Source: an uncultured Gammaproteobacteria bacterium
GTDB lineage: Bacteria; Patescibacteriota; Patescibacteriia; UBA11705; DATKZF01
NCBI GenBank assembly: GCA_964411255.1
Contig: CAYPKD010000006.1
Coordinates: 3,097 to 67,096, forward strand
DNA length: 64,000 nucleotides
Direction: 5' to 3'
The notes beneath the pieces were generated by a model. The model made no database searches and was not told the origin of the DNA. It was given only the letters and a program-made list of their open reading frames with translations. Shown here one piece after another: positions 28,651 through 36,977 of this stretch; positions within the stretch are counted from its first letter, which is position 1; each line of letters begins with the position of its first letter. Made by a program: the position numbers and the translations under genes.

Positions 28651-29520
28651 TTATTCTTTATTTAGTATTGTTGTTAAATAAGTTTTAGCAATTTCATTAT
28701 TTAGTGCCACCTGCTTAATTGCGCTTATTAATTTTGGGTTTAAACTCCGATCTTCAATTACTTCTTTAATTTCTTCTGCCATTGCCTCAGCTTCCAAATC
28801 AGTTTTTGCTTTGGCTGCTACTCTGACATCGGTTTTTGCCAGACTGTCACATAAAAATAAAATGCCAACTTCAATTTTATAATCTGGAAACTTATCTCCA
28901 ATTTCCCTGCTGGCCTTTTTACATCCTTCGCTTTTGGCAAAAGCAATGGTAAAGCCTTCTGGAGTTTTCTTTGCCACGCTTCTCACCTTTCCCAACTCAT
29001 AATGAAGACCAGCACATCTGGCAATATATTCAATTTGCGCATCGGTTAATTTATATTCGTCTTTTAATACTTCCTGTACTTTGTCGTTTTCTTTTATAAA
29101 TTTTTCTGATCTTTTTTCATGTCCTTTATAATCAGGTTCTAATTTCCCATTTTTTTCTTCAAAATCTCTTTCAAATTTTCCCAAATCATGCAGCACAATA
29201 GCAATCCGAAGCAAATCTTCTTTTGTCATTCCATCAATTTGCTCTGACATTTTTTCTTTAATTTCTTTATCAATGCCCCACTGCGTAAAATAATCCTGAG
29301 CCTGGGTGTTGAAATATTCTAAAAACTTTGCTGTATGTGTGATAATGCCAAACTGATGCCATTTATGATGATGTTCAAACGGATCATCTGGATTTTTCCG
29401 AAAATTTCTATTTTCAGGAATATTTTCAATAAAAAGTTTGCCCAGCTGAGGGAGTTGTTTTAGGAGCTTTTGATCTAAAGTCAGTTCAGCTTCTTGTTCA
29501 AATGTTTGTTTTGGTTCCAT
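28651..29520 (-). CDS. HD-domain protein
   Basis: H...IVLHDLGK motif. 289 aa. Confidence 0.5.
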   Translation of the reverse strand: MEPKQTFEQEAELTLDQKLLKQLPQLGKLFIENIPENRNFRKNPDDPFEHHHKWHQFGIITHTAKFLEYFNTQAQDYFTQWGIDKEIKEKMSEQIDGMTKEDLLRIAIVLHDLGKFERDFEEKNGKLEPDYKGHEKRSEKFIKENDKVQEVLKDEYKLTDAQIEYIARCAGLHYELGKVRSVAKKTPEGFTIAFAKSEGCKKASREIGDKFPDYKIEVGILFLCDSLAKTDVRVAAKAKTDLEAEAMAEEIKEVIEDRSLNPKLISAIKQVALNNEIAKTYLTTILNKE

Positions 29521-29594
29521 ATTATGTAATTATTAATATTATTTTATCAAATTTTTTAAGCATTATCAATTTAAAAAGCAGCTTGTGAAGCTAC

Positions 29595-30164
29595 TTAGCA
29601 AAACATCCATCCTTGTTGGATTAGTTTATTAAAAAAACCATGTGCTATTAAAGTGTCTTTATGCCGAGTGTACATAAACATAATGGTAATTTTATTATCT
29701 GACAAATCTTTCATTACCTTAAGCGGTGGTCCATGATCTTCTGCCATTAAAGCCACTTCTGCATTTGTACTGGTTAAAATAACTTCTGTTGCCCTATCTT
29801 GAATTGTTCTAAATATTCCCTTTGGCATTGACTTGGATAAATATTCAAATCTGATTACCCTTTTGGATAATTCTTGAAATATAATTCCTAAAATTTGCAT
29901 TTTTGTATCTGTTGGCAATACATCACTTCTAAAACCTTGTACAATACTGACGACAGATAATGGTGGGATAAGTAGAGTATAAGCCGCGTCTTTACCTGAA
30001 ACAGTAAAGTGAACTTCTTCCTCTGTATCAGCAGATAAAAAAGTTATTGGTAAAGGCATACTGGACATAGCAACATGCCTGCAAAAAATATTCCAGAGCA
30101 TTTTCATTTTTTTTCTAATACTTTTTGTGTCATGGATATTATTTGAAAGAGCGATTTTGATCAT
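29595..30164 (-). CDS. Hypothetical protein, paralog A of a tandem pair (shares start and C-terminal motif with 30298-30831)
   Basis: The ORF track extends to 30362 and overlaps the upstream paralog. Internal Met MIKIALSNN aligns with MKVRVGLSDN of the neighbour. C-terminus FFNKLIQQGWMFC versus FYNKMHDQGWRFE. Confidence 0.4.
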   Translation of the reverse strand: MIKIALSNNIHDTKSIRKKMKMLWNIFCRHVAMSSMPLPITFLSADTEEEVHFTVSGKDAAYTLLIPPLSVVSIVQGFRSDVLPTDTKMQILGIIFQELSKRVIRFEYLSKSMPKGIFRTIQDRATEVILTSTNAEVALMAEDHGPPLKVMKDLSDNKITIMFMYTRHKDTLIAHGFFNKLIQQGWMFC

Positions 30165-30297
30165 CTGTTCCCTCCTTGTTTCAATTGTAATGTGTTTATA
30201 ATAAATAAATTCTTGTAAAAAAGCAAATATTTCAAATCCCAATTTCAAGTTTTGAATTTCAAATTTAAAAAAGCAGTATATTAACTGCTTATAAAAT

Positions 30298-30831
30298 TTA
30301 TTCAAACCTCCAACCTTGATCATGCATTTTATTGTAAAAAATTGACAACTGCTGATCCACATCTATATTAATACAAACTATAACTAAACTTCTATCCGAA
30401 TCTCTGAAAAATTCAACTTTCCCAGTATCAGGCACAACTTTTGAATTCGCCTGAGCTAAATACATGGCAGCTTCGTTTTTATACTCAGTTTCAATACCCT
30501 GATCAACCGCTACTTCATATACTGTCCGCCTAATTACAAATTTCTTAATCTTTTTCATTAGGAAAGTTAATAACAATGATCTAAAGTAAAATTCAAGTTG
30601 GCCAGAATCCTGAAAAGCCTTTAAGCTTGCGCCCAGATTTATTCCTGATGTTGCTAATGACAGGACAAACGGTCCATTCTTCAAATCAACTGTTAGCCAT
30701 GGCTTAATTTCTGAATTAACATCAATAATCTCAAATTTAAATTCCCCAAGATTTGTGGCAAGCTGATGCCAAATATTATGCCAAAGCGGATCTCTTTTCA
30801 AATTATCTGATAATCCGACTCTCACTTTCAT
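30298..30831 (-). CDS. Hypothetical protein, paralog B of the tandem pair
   Basis: 177-aa ORF with the conserved C-terminal F.NK...QGW.F motif. Confidence 0.4.
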   Translation of the reverse strand: MKVRVGLSDNLKRDPLWHNIWHQLATNLGEFKFEIIDVNSEIKPWLTVDLKNGPFVLSLATSGINLGASLKAFQDSGQLEFYFRSLLLTFLMKKIKKFVIRRTVYEVAVDQGIETEYKNEAAMYLAQANSKVVPDTGKVEFFRDSDRSLVIVCINIDVDQQLSIFYNKMHDQGWRFE

Positions 30832-30927
30832 TGCCTTCCTCCAGGTTGATCTGATTATACTTAATTAACATAAAAAAAATACCCTGTCAAGGGCTTTTTA
30901 AAAAAATCCTGGAGCCTGAATACTGTA

Positions 30928-31542
30928 TCATCTATTATTGACTTTATTATGAACAATTAGCAAAGTTAATGCTCCAATCAGCATAAATCCAGAAGTTATA
31001 TAAAACACAATATCAAATCCAAACTGATCGACCAAATATGCACCAACCATGGCTGTTAAGCCCATACCAATTCCAAGAGCAACATCATAAACGCTCCATT
31101 CAAATGCCTCTTTTTTCTTATCAATATGGCGGGTAAAGATTCCATACCAGCCTGGATAACTTACAGCCGCTGAGATTCCTAATATTATTTGCAATAAATA
31201 TAATTGCCAAATCGAATTGATTAATGGATAAAAAGCAAAAACGCTCGCTGCTACCACAGATCCAATCACTGCTGTATATAAGTCATCTTTTTCACCTTTT
31301 ATTTTATCTAAAAAAATACCAACTGGAATTTCAAAAATAGATTTAAATATCAAATATAACGCAGCTGCCACTCCAGCTGTTCCAATAGTCGCTCCGTCAA
31401 TATAGTCCACCACAAATATTGCAAATATTGGAGCAGTTAAATTACTGACAGACCAAATTATAAAATCTGATAAAATTAAAATCTTAATGATCAAATTCAT
31501 TTTAAACTCTAGGATTGAACGCCAGATGGTTCGGTGATACAT
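30928..31542 (-). CDS. Integral membrane protein (6 TM; MFS-like half-transporter fold possible)
   Basis: Hydrophobicity pattern. Start uncertain; an alternative start is at 31500. Confidence 0.4.
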   Translation of the reverse strand: MYHRTIWRSILEFKMNLIIKILILSDFIIWSVSNLTAPIFAIFVVDYIDGATIGTAGVAAALYLIFKSIFEIPVGIFLDKIKGEKDDLYTAVIGSVVAASVFAFYPLINSIWQLYLLQIILGISAAVSYPGWYGIFTRHIDKKKEAFEWSVYDVALGIGMGLTAMVGAYLVDQFGFDIVFYITSGFMLIGALTLLIVHNKVNNR

Positions 31543-31560
31543 AGAATTTGCGTTAAGAGG

Positions 31561-31632
31561 TTATGACGTTACTAAGTTACTATATTACATTTAAAAAATA
31601 ATAACTTCATAACACCATAACTTCGTAACCAT
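31561..31632. repeat. Intergenic word-repeat element (cataac/gttacg words); inverted copy at 36891-36977
   Basis: Shares the 14-mer ggttacgaagttat (as reverse complement) with 36905-36918. Confidence 0.55.
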
Positions 31633-31932
31633 TTAACCGTTTTTCCCTTTATACTTTTTCAACTCTCTTTGCATCCGGTCCTTTGCTTTATTAATCGCCT
31701 TATACAAATCATCCATTTCTTCTCTGGCCCGAAGTAAAGTACGCGGCACACTAAGATTTATTTCACAAAAAAATACATCACCTTTTTGATGATGGCGAGT
31801 AGTTTTGCCAACTTCCACATCAGCTTGCTGAGCATTGTTAAAAAATTTCTCCAAACTGTCTACTTTTTCAAAAACATAATCTTTTATCGCCTGGGTTAAC
31901 TCCATGTTTGTTGATTTGATATTAATATGCAT
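31633..31932 (-). CDS. hpf: Ribosome hibernation promoting factor (HPF/RaiA, S30EA family)
   Basis: MHINIKSTNMELTQAIKDYVFEKV matches the HPF N-terminal consensus (M.LNITG...EIT.ALREYV..K). The ORF track extends to 31983. Confidence 0.65.
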   Translation of the reverse strand: MHINIKSTNMELTQAIKDYVFEKVDSLEKFFNNAQQADVEVGKTTRHHQKGDVFFCEINLSVPRTLLRAREEMDDLYKAINKAKDRMQRELKKYKGKNG

Positions 31933-32013
31933 AAAACTGATGAACTGAAGAACAAAAGAACTGAAAAACAAGAAGCTGTTCATAAGTTCTTAAGTTCATA
32001 AGTTCTTTAGTTA

Positions 32014-32967
32014 TTAAAAACCGACCTTCTCCACCTCTTCCTCCAATTCCACACCAAACTTGTTTTTAACTTCTTTTTTTACCAGCTCAATCAGGTCAAT
32101 AATATCCTTGGCTGTGGCCTTATTTTTATTATATATAAAATTTGAATGCTTGTCAGAAACTTTTGCGCCGCCAATTGATTTCCCCTTTAATCCGGCTTCT
32201 TCAATCAATTTTGCAGCAGGTACCTTACCATGAGTTTGCCAGGCTTCAAGTTCTTTGTATTCTGGTTTAAAAACAATATTCTTAAATGAGCAGCCTGCGC
32301 TCGGACATTCATATGGTTGTTTTTTCATCCGCACTTCCAGTTCATCCTGAACTGCCTTCAACCTTTGTTTAACATCATCTTGACTTTCACTTAATTTAAA
32401 AGTCGCTTCAGCAATTATCAATTCAGGCCTTTGTTTAAACATGCTATGACGATAGTCAAAACCGCATTCATCTTTTTGAAAAATTTCAAGTGACACTTCC
32501 TCACCGCTCATATTCAATACTTCTACTTCTTTGACAAAATCTCCCAGGCCTTTGCCAAAAGCCCCAGCATTCCCGCGAATCCCTCCACCAACTGTGCCTG
32601 GAATATTGGCAGCAAATTCTAATCCTGTCAGACCTGAATTTATCGCAGTGATAATCATTTTTCTCAAATTATTGCCAGTAAAGGATTTTACTTGTTTGCC
32701 AAAAAACTCTACTTCTCCTTCAGTTAATTTTATGACCAGCCCATCAATACCCTTATCGGCAACTAAAATATTGCTGCCGCCGCCAAAAATAAAAAAAGGC
32801 ATGTCAAGTTTTTTTACTGCCAAAAGAACCTGATGCAAATCCTTTTTATTGTTTATTTCACAATAAAACTGAGCTGGCCCGCCAACTTTAAAGGTGGTGT
32901 GCTTGGCCATTGGCTCGTTTTCCAAAATTTCAATGTCTATTAAATTTTTTTTGAGTTTATCTAGCAT
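32014..32967 (-). CDS. murB: UDP-N-acetylenolpyruvoylglucosamine reductase MurB
   Basis: FAD-binding N-terminus (GGGSNIL) and the MurB C-terminal domain sequence. Confidence 0.8.
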   Translation of the reverse strand: MLDKLKKNLIDIEILENEPMAKHTTFKVGGPAQFYCEINNKKDLHQVLLAVKKLDMPFFIFGGGSNILVADKGIDGLVIKLTEGEVEFFGKQVKSFTGNNLRKMIITAINSGLTGLEFAANIPGTVGGGIRGNAGAFGKGLGDFVKEVEVLNMSGEEVSLEIFQKDECGFDYRHSMFKQRPELIIAEATFKLSESQDDVKQRLKAVQDELEVRMKKQPYECPSAGCSFKNIVFKPEYKELEAWQTHGKVPAAKLIEEAGLKGKSIGGAKVSDKHSNFIYNKNKATAKDIIDLIELVKKEVKNKFGVELEEEVEKVGF

Positions 32968-32987
32968 ATTTAAATTATATCATAATT

Positions 32988-33072
32988 ATAATCCGAATCC
33001 CCCAAATATCTACCTGCTATTCGTGACATTTGGGGTATTCGGATCGAAAATTCGGGGTATTTGGATCATATT
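32988..33072. repeat. Palindromic intergenic element (ccgaatcccc..ggggtattcgg), direct copy of 35188-35280
   Basis: Both copies begin ataatccgaatcccc(c)aaata and contain aattcggggtattcgg. Each copy is an imperfect palindrome. Together they flank murC plus the methyltransferase. Confidence 0.6.
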
Positions 33073-34454
33073 TTCTCAACTATTTCATACACATCCCCTG
33101 CTCCCATTACTAAAACCAAATCGTCTTCAGTGGCATTTTTTTTAATTAACTTTAGTGTGTTTTCCAAATCAGCAGAATAAATAACTTCACCTAAATCTGG
33201 GTTTTTCTTATCATTTATTGCTTGAACAAGTTTTTCAGAGCTGACATCTTCGTCTTCTTTTGCTTTTCTGCCTGCCACATCATATATTTCAGAAATAATT
33301 ATTATTTCATCCTGATTTTTTGGTTCAAGGCTCTGAACAAAATCGTCAAAAAGCTTTTTTGTCCTATTGTGCTGATGCGGCTGAAAAACAATAATTTTTC
33401 TTTTTCCAGGATAAAAATCATCCACTGCTTTTCTGGTTACCTCAACTGCTGTGGGATGATGAGCATAATCAGAAATCACCAATGGCTCTTTTTTTATAAT
33501 TTCAAGCCGGCGCCAGGCGCCTGAAAAATCAACCAAAGATTTTTTAACATCAGCTAAACTGACATTTAATTTCAACGCTAAGGCAATGGTGGCCAAAGCA
33601 TTATAAACATTAAATTTTCCAGCAACCATTAATTCAAACTCTCCAAGATCATTATTTTGATAACTGACTGAAAATTTTTGTTTATTATCTTCAATACGAT
33701 AATCATTTGCCATTACATCTGCGTCCTCTAAAAATCCATAAGTGATTATCTGACACTTTGGTAAAACAAGTTCTTTTGTATTTTCATCATCCTTATTAAT
33801 AACCAAAATGTCTTCTTCATTTTTTAACTTATTAATAAATTTTTGAAAAGTTTGAATAATGTGATCCAAATCCTTAAAAAAATCCAAATGATCTTCTTCA
33901 ATATTTGTTAAAACAATTGCTTTTGGACTCAATTCTAAAAAATGTTCCCGATACTCGCATGCTTCTAATACAAGCCAGTCACCTTTTCCTTTTTTATAAT
34001 TCCCTTTTAGTCTTGGTACATTTGAACCAATAATTACATTCGGGTCAAGACCAGCGTCAATTAATATACCTGCAGCCATGGCCGTGGTAGTCGTTTTGCC
34101 ATTGGTACCTGAAACAGCCACAGTTTTGTATTGCTCTGTTAAAAATCCTAAAAATTCATTATAGCTAAGCTCTTTCAGACCAAGCTCTTTTACTTTTTGT
34201 CTTTCCGGGTTTGTTTCGGGAACAGCTGCTGAATAAATAAATAAATCAATATCAGCAGTTATATTTTCTGCATCCTGAGATTGATTAATGATTATTCCTT
34301 TTTTTTCTAAGTCACGTGTAATTTCAGAAGGCGCTGAGTCAGATCCGTGAACTTCTTTTTCTAAATCTAAAAAATAACGGGCCAAAGCTGATACGCCAAT
34401 GCCGCCAATGCCGGATAAATATACTTTTTTTATTTTTGCCAAATCAAATTTCAT
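33066..34454 (-). CDS. murC: UDP-N-acetylmuramate--L-alanine ligase MurC
   Basis: Mur ligase motifs (GTNGKTTT, DAGLDP). 462 aa. Confidence 0.8.
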   Translation of the reverse strand: MKFDLAKIKKVYLSGIGGIGVSALARYFLDLEKEVHGSDSAPSEITRDLEKKGIIINQSQDAENITADIDLFIYSAAVPETNPERQKVKELGLKELSYNEFLGFLTEQYKTVAVSGTNGKTTTTAMAAGILIDAGLDPNVIIGSNVPRLKGNYKKGKGDWLVLEACEYREHFLELSPKAIVLTNIEEDHLDFFKDLDHIIQTFQKFINKLKNEEDILVINKDDENTKELVLPKCQIITYGFLEDADVMANDYRIEDNKQKFSVSYQNNDLGEFELMVAGKFNVYNALATIALALKLNVSLADVKKSLVDFSGAWRRLEIIKKEPLVISDYAHHPTAVEVTRKAVDDFYPGKRKIIVFQPHQHNRTKKLFDDFVQSLEPKNQDEIIIISEIYDVAGRKAKEDEDVSSEKLVQAINDKKNPDLGEVIYSADLENTLKLIKKNATEDDLVLVMGAGDVYEIVEKI

Positions 34455-34459
34455 AATTT

Positions 34460-35182
34460 TTATGTTGAAATTAATGCTTCTTTTTGAATCTTATTTACTT
34501 TTTGTTTATTAAAAACTCTACTTTCAACTTTAATCTTTTTTGCCACAGTTAGCAAGTTATTTCCAAATAAAACACTGGATTTTTTGCCATTTGTAAAATA
34601 ATTATTCTTTAAAACCTCAAATTCTTTTAATTCTTTTTTAATTTTGCCTTTTGTTAAAATATAATAAACCAATTGGGCAATCTCGCCTTTTTCAGTTTTC
34701 CATTCAGTAATAACAGCATCATTTTCAGTTTTCGAATACCACTTTGACTTTTTATTTTTCAAATTATGCATGTTCCAATTTGTCATTAATAAAAATCCGC
34801 CAGGTTTCAGCCATGAATAAACTTTTTTTAATATTAATTCTCTGTCATCTTTGTCAAAATGATTTAAAACAGCAATCATAAAAATTGCATCAAATTGCTT
34901 GTCTGTCTCTGCTGTTAAAATATCTTTAACAATAAAATCCTGATCCGGATAATTTTCTTTTGCAATTTCAATAAATTTTTCATTATTATCTATACCCAAA
35001 TAATCAACATTTACATCTTCAAATAACTGAACCAAACGACCATTACCGCAGCCCAAATCCAAAACTTTATCTCCATCCTTTACGTATTTTTTTAAAATAT
35101 TAAGCTCTGGCCATAATCTTTCACGGCTGGCTGAGAATTCCTGGGCAACTGTTTGATAACCTTGTGATGTTATATCCTGCAT
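34460..35182 (-). CDS. Class I SAM-dependent methyltransferase
   Basis: Motif I VLDLGCGNG. Confidence 0.6.
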   Translation of the reverse strand: MQDITSQGYQTVAQEFSASRERLWPELNILKKYVKDGDKVLDLGCGNGRLVQLFEDVNVDYLGIDNNEKFIEIAKENYPDQDFIVKDILTAETDKQFDAIFMIAVLNHFDKDDRELILKKVYSWLKPGGFLLMTNWNMHNLKNKKSKWYSKTENDAVITEWKTEKGEIAQLVYYILTKGKIKKELKEFEVLKNNYFTNGKKSSVLFGNNLLTVAKKIKVESRVFNKQKVNKIQKEALIST

Positions 35183-35187
35183 ATTTT

Positions 35188-35280
35188 ATAATCCGAATCC
35201 CCAAATACATCCGAATGCCACGAATATCTCCAATAATTAATTCGGGGTATTCGGGTTAAAATTCGGGTCATTCGGATTTA
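35188..35280. repeat. Palindromic intergenic element, second copy
   Basis: See 32988-33072. Confidence 0.6.
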
Positions 35281-35282
35281 TC

Positions 35283-35311
35283 TTGACTTTTAACTAAATT
35301 TACCATAAAAT
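35283..35311 (+). promoter_or_regulatory. Sigma-70-type promoter TTGACT-N17-TAAAAT for the ELP3-like gene (very short or leaderless 5' UTR)
   Basis: ttgact at 35283-35288 and taaaat at 35306-35311. The ATG is at 35319. Confidence 0.45.
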
Positions 35312-35318
35312 AAAGCTA

Positions 35319-36890
35319 ATGTCAAAAGAAAACACATCAAAACTTTTGCAAATTTTACTTAAAGAGAAGCCAAGAACCCATTCAAAATTAAACAAAATCA
35401 AAAGAAAATTTGCCAGAGACAATAAAATCAGCAAACTAATCACCAATGCTGAGCTTTTAAATTTATATCAGAAATTAATTGCCACTGATGATATCAAAGC
35501 CAACCCAGTTCTGCGCTCTCTGTTAAAAAAACGGGCTATTCGTACACTTTCTGGGGTTGCGCCAGTGGCAGTTTTGACAAAGCCTCACCCATGCCCTGGA
35601 AACTGTGCTTTTTGCCCAACAGAATTTGAAATGCCAAAAAGCTACCTGTCAAATGAACCAGCAGTAATGCGGGCAATGATGACCCAGTTTGATCCACATA
35701 AACAAGTAACTGTGCGAATAAATGCCTTAACCAGAAACGGCCATGCCACTGATAAAATTGAGCTTATTGTAATGGGCGGCACCTGGTCATATTTTCCAGA
35801 TAAATACCAAAATTGGTATATCAAACGATGCTTTGATGCCTGCAATAAAAAGACTTCTAAAACTTTAGCTCAAGCACAAAAGCTAAATGAAAAAGCAAAA
35901 CACAGAATTGTTGGTTTAACTTTAGAAACCCGGCCTGATTATATTAATGAAAATGAGATAAAAAAATTCAGAAAGCTTGGCTGTACACGAGTAGAAATCG
36001 GCGTTCAGTCAACAGATGATAAAGTTTTGAAAAAAAATAAACGTGAACATGGTCAAAAGGAAATTATTAAAGCAACAAAATTACTAAAAAATGCTGGATT
36101 TAAGGTTGCTTATCATATGATGCCAAATCTGGCTGGATCCACTCCCCAAAAAGATTTAAAAATATTTAAACAACTGTTTTCAAAACAAGAATATCAGCCA
36201 GATATGCTTAAAATTTATCCTTGCACAGTGGTTAAAGGATCTGAGCTTTATAATTGGTGGAAAAAAGGCCAATATAAGCCCTATTCGCAAAAACAATTGG
36301 TTGATTTATTAATAAAAATAAAATTAAGTATTCCAGAATATGTCAGAATTATCCGCTTAATTAGAGATATTCCTGCTGAAAGCATTGAGGCTGGAAATAA
36401 AATTACAAATTTAAGGCAATATTTGAAAGAAGATCTCAAAAAACAGAAAAAACACTGCAAATGCATTCGATGCCGCGAAGCGAGAACAAATATATTTGGA
36501 GCAAAAAATGCAAAGCTTTTCATAAAAAAATATCAGGCCAGCAAAGGCACAGAATATTTTCTGCAATTTGCCTCATCAAATAAAAAAACTTTGTTTGCTT
36601 TTCTACGATTAAGACTGCCAGAACAAAAAAAACATTTTATTCCAGAACTTTGCAATGCTGCCATAATCCGTGAAGTCCATACATATGGTCAAATGGTTCC
36701 AATTGAGAAAAAACAAGCAAAAGCAGTCCAGCACCTTGGTTTTGGCAAAAAATTAATGAAACATGCTGAAATGATTGCCAAAAACAATGGATATGATAAA
36801 ATGGTAGTAATTTCAGGAATCGGTGTCCGAGGCTATTATCGAAAGCTAGGCTACCAGCTCCAGGGAACTTACATGGTTAAAAAATTATAA
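35319..36890 (+). CDS. ELP3-like radical SAM / GNAT acetyltransferase (tRNA wobble-uridine modification family)
   Basis: Radical-SAM cysteine triad CPGNCAFC, an Elp3-like central region, and a C-terminal GNAT-like domain. 523 aa. Confidence 0.7.
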   Translation: MSKENTSKLLQILLKEKPRTHSKLNKIKRKFARDNKISKLITNAELLNLYQKLIATDDIKANPVLRSLLKKRAIRTLSGVAPVAVLTKPHPCPGNCAFCPTEFEMPKSYLSNEPAVMRAMMTQFDPHKQVTVRINALTRNGHATDKIELIVMGGTWSYFPDKYQNWYIKRCFDACNKKTSKTLAQAQKLNEKAKHRIVGLTLETRPDYINENEIKKFRKLGCTRVEIGVQSTDDKVLKKNKREHGQKEIIKATKLLKNAGFKVAYHMMPNLAGSTPQKDLKIFKQLFSKQEYQPDMLKIYPCTVVKGSELYNWWKKGQYKPYSQKQLVDLLIKIKLSIPEYVRIIRLIRDIPAESIEAGNKITNLRQYLKEDLKKQKKHCKCIRCREARTNIFGAKNAKLFIKKYQASKGTEYFLQFASSNKKTLFAFLRLRLPEQKKHFIPELCNAAIIREVHTYGQMVPIEKKQAKAVQHLGFGKKLMKHAEMIAKNNGYDKMVVISGIGVRGYYRKLGYQLQGTYMVKKL

Positions 36891-36977
36891 TATTTATTCA
36901 TTGCGAGGTTACGAAGTTATTATCAATACAAATACCGTCATAACGCCGTAACATCATAACGTCATAACTTAAATTAT
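36891..36977. repeat. Intergenic word-repeat element (gttacg/cataac), inverted copy of 31561-31632
   Basis: gaggttacgaagttat...gtcataacgccgtaacatcataacgtcataac. Confidence 0.55.

Noticed and set aside
29595-30362. Frameshift/pseudogene interpretation of the overlapping 255-aa and 177-aa ORFs
   Set aside because: Both ORFs end with the same conserved C-terminal motif, and each has a similar N-terminal start (internal Met67 of the 255-aa frame). Two intact tandem paralogs explain the overlap better than a frameshifted single gene.
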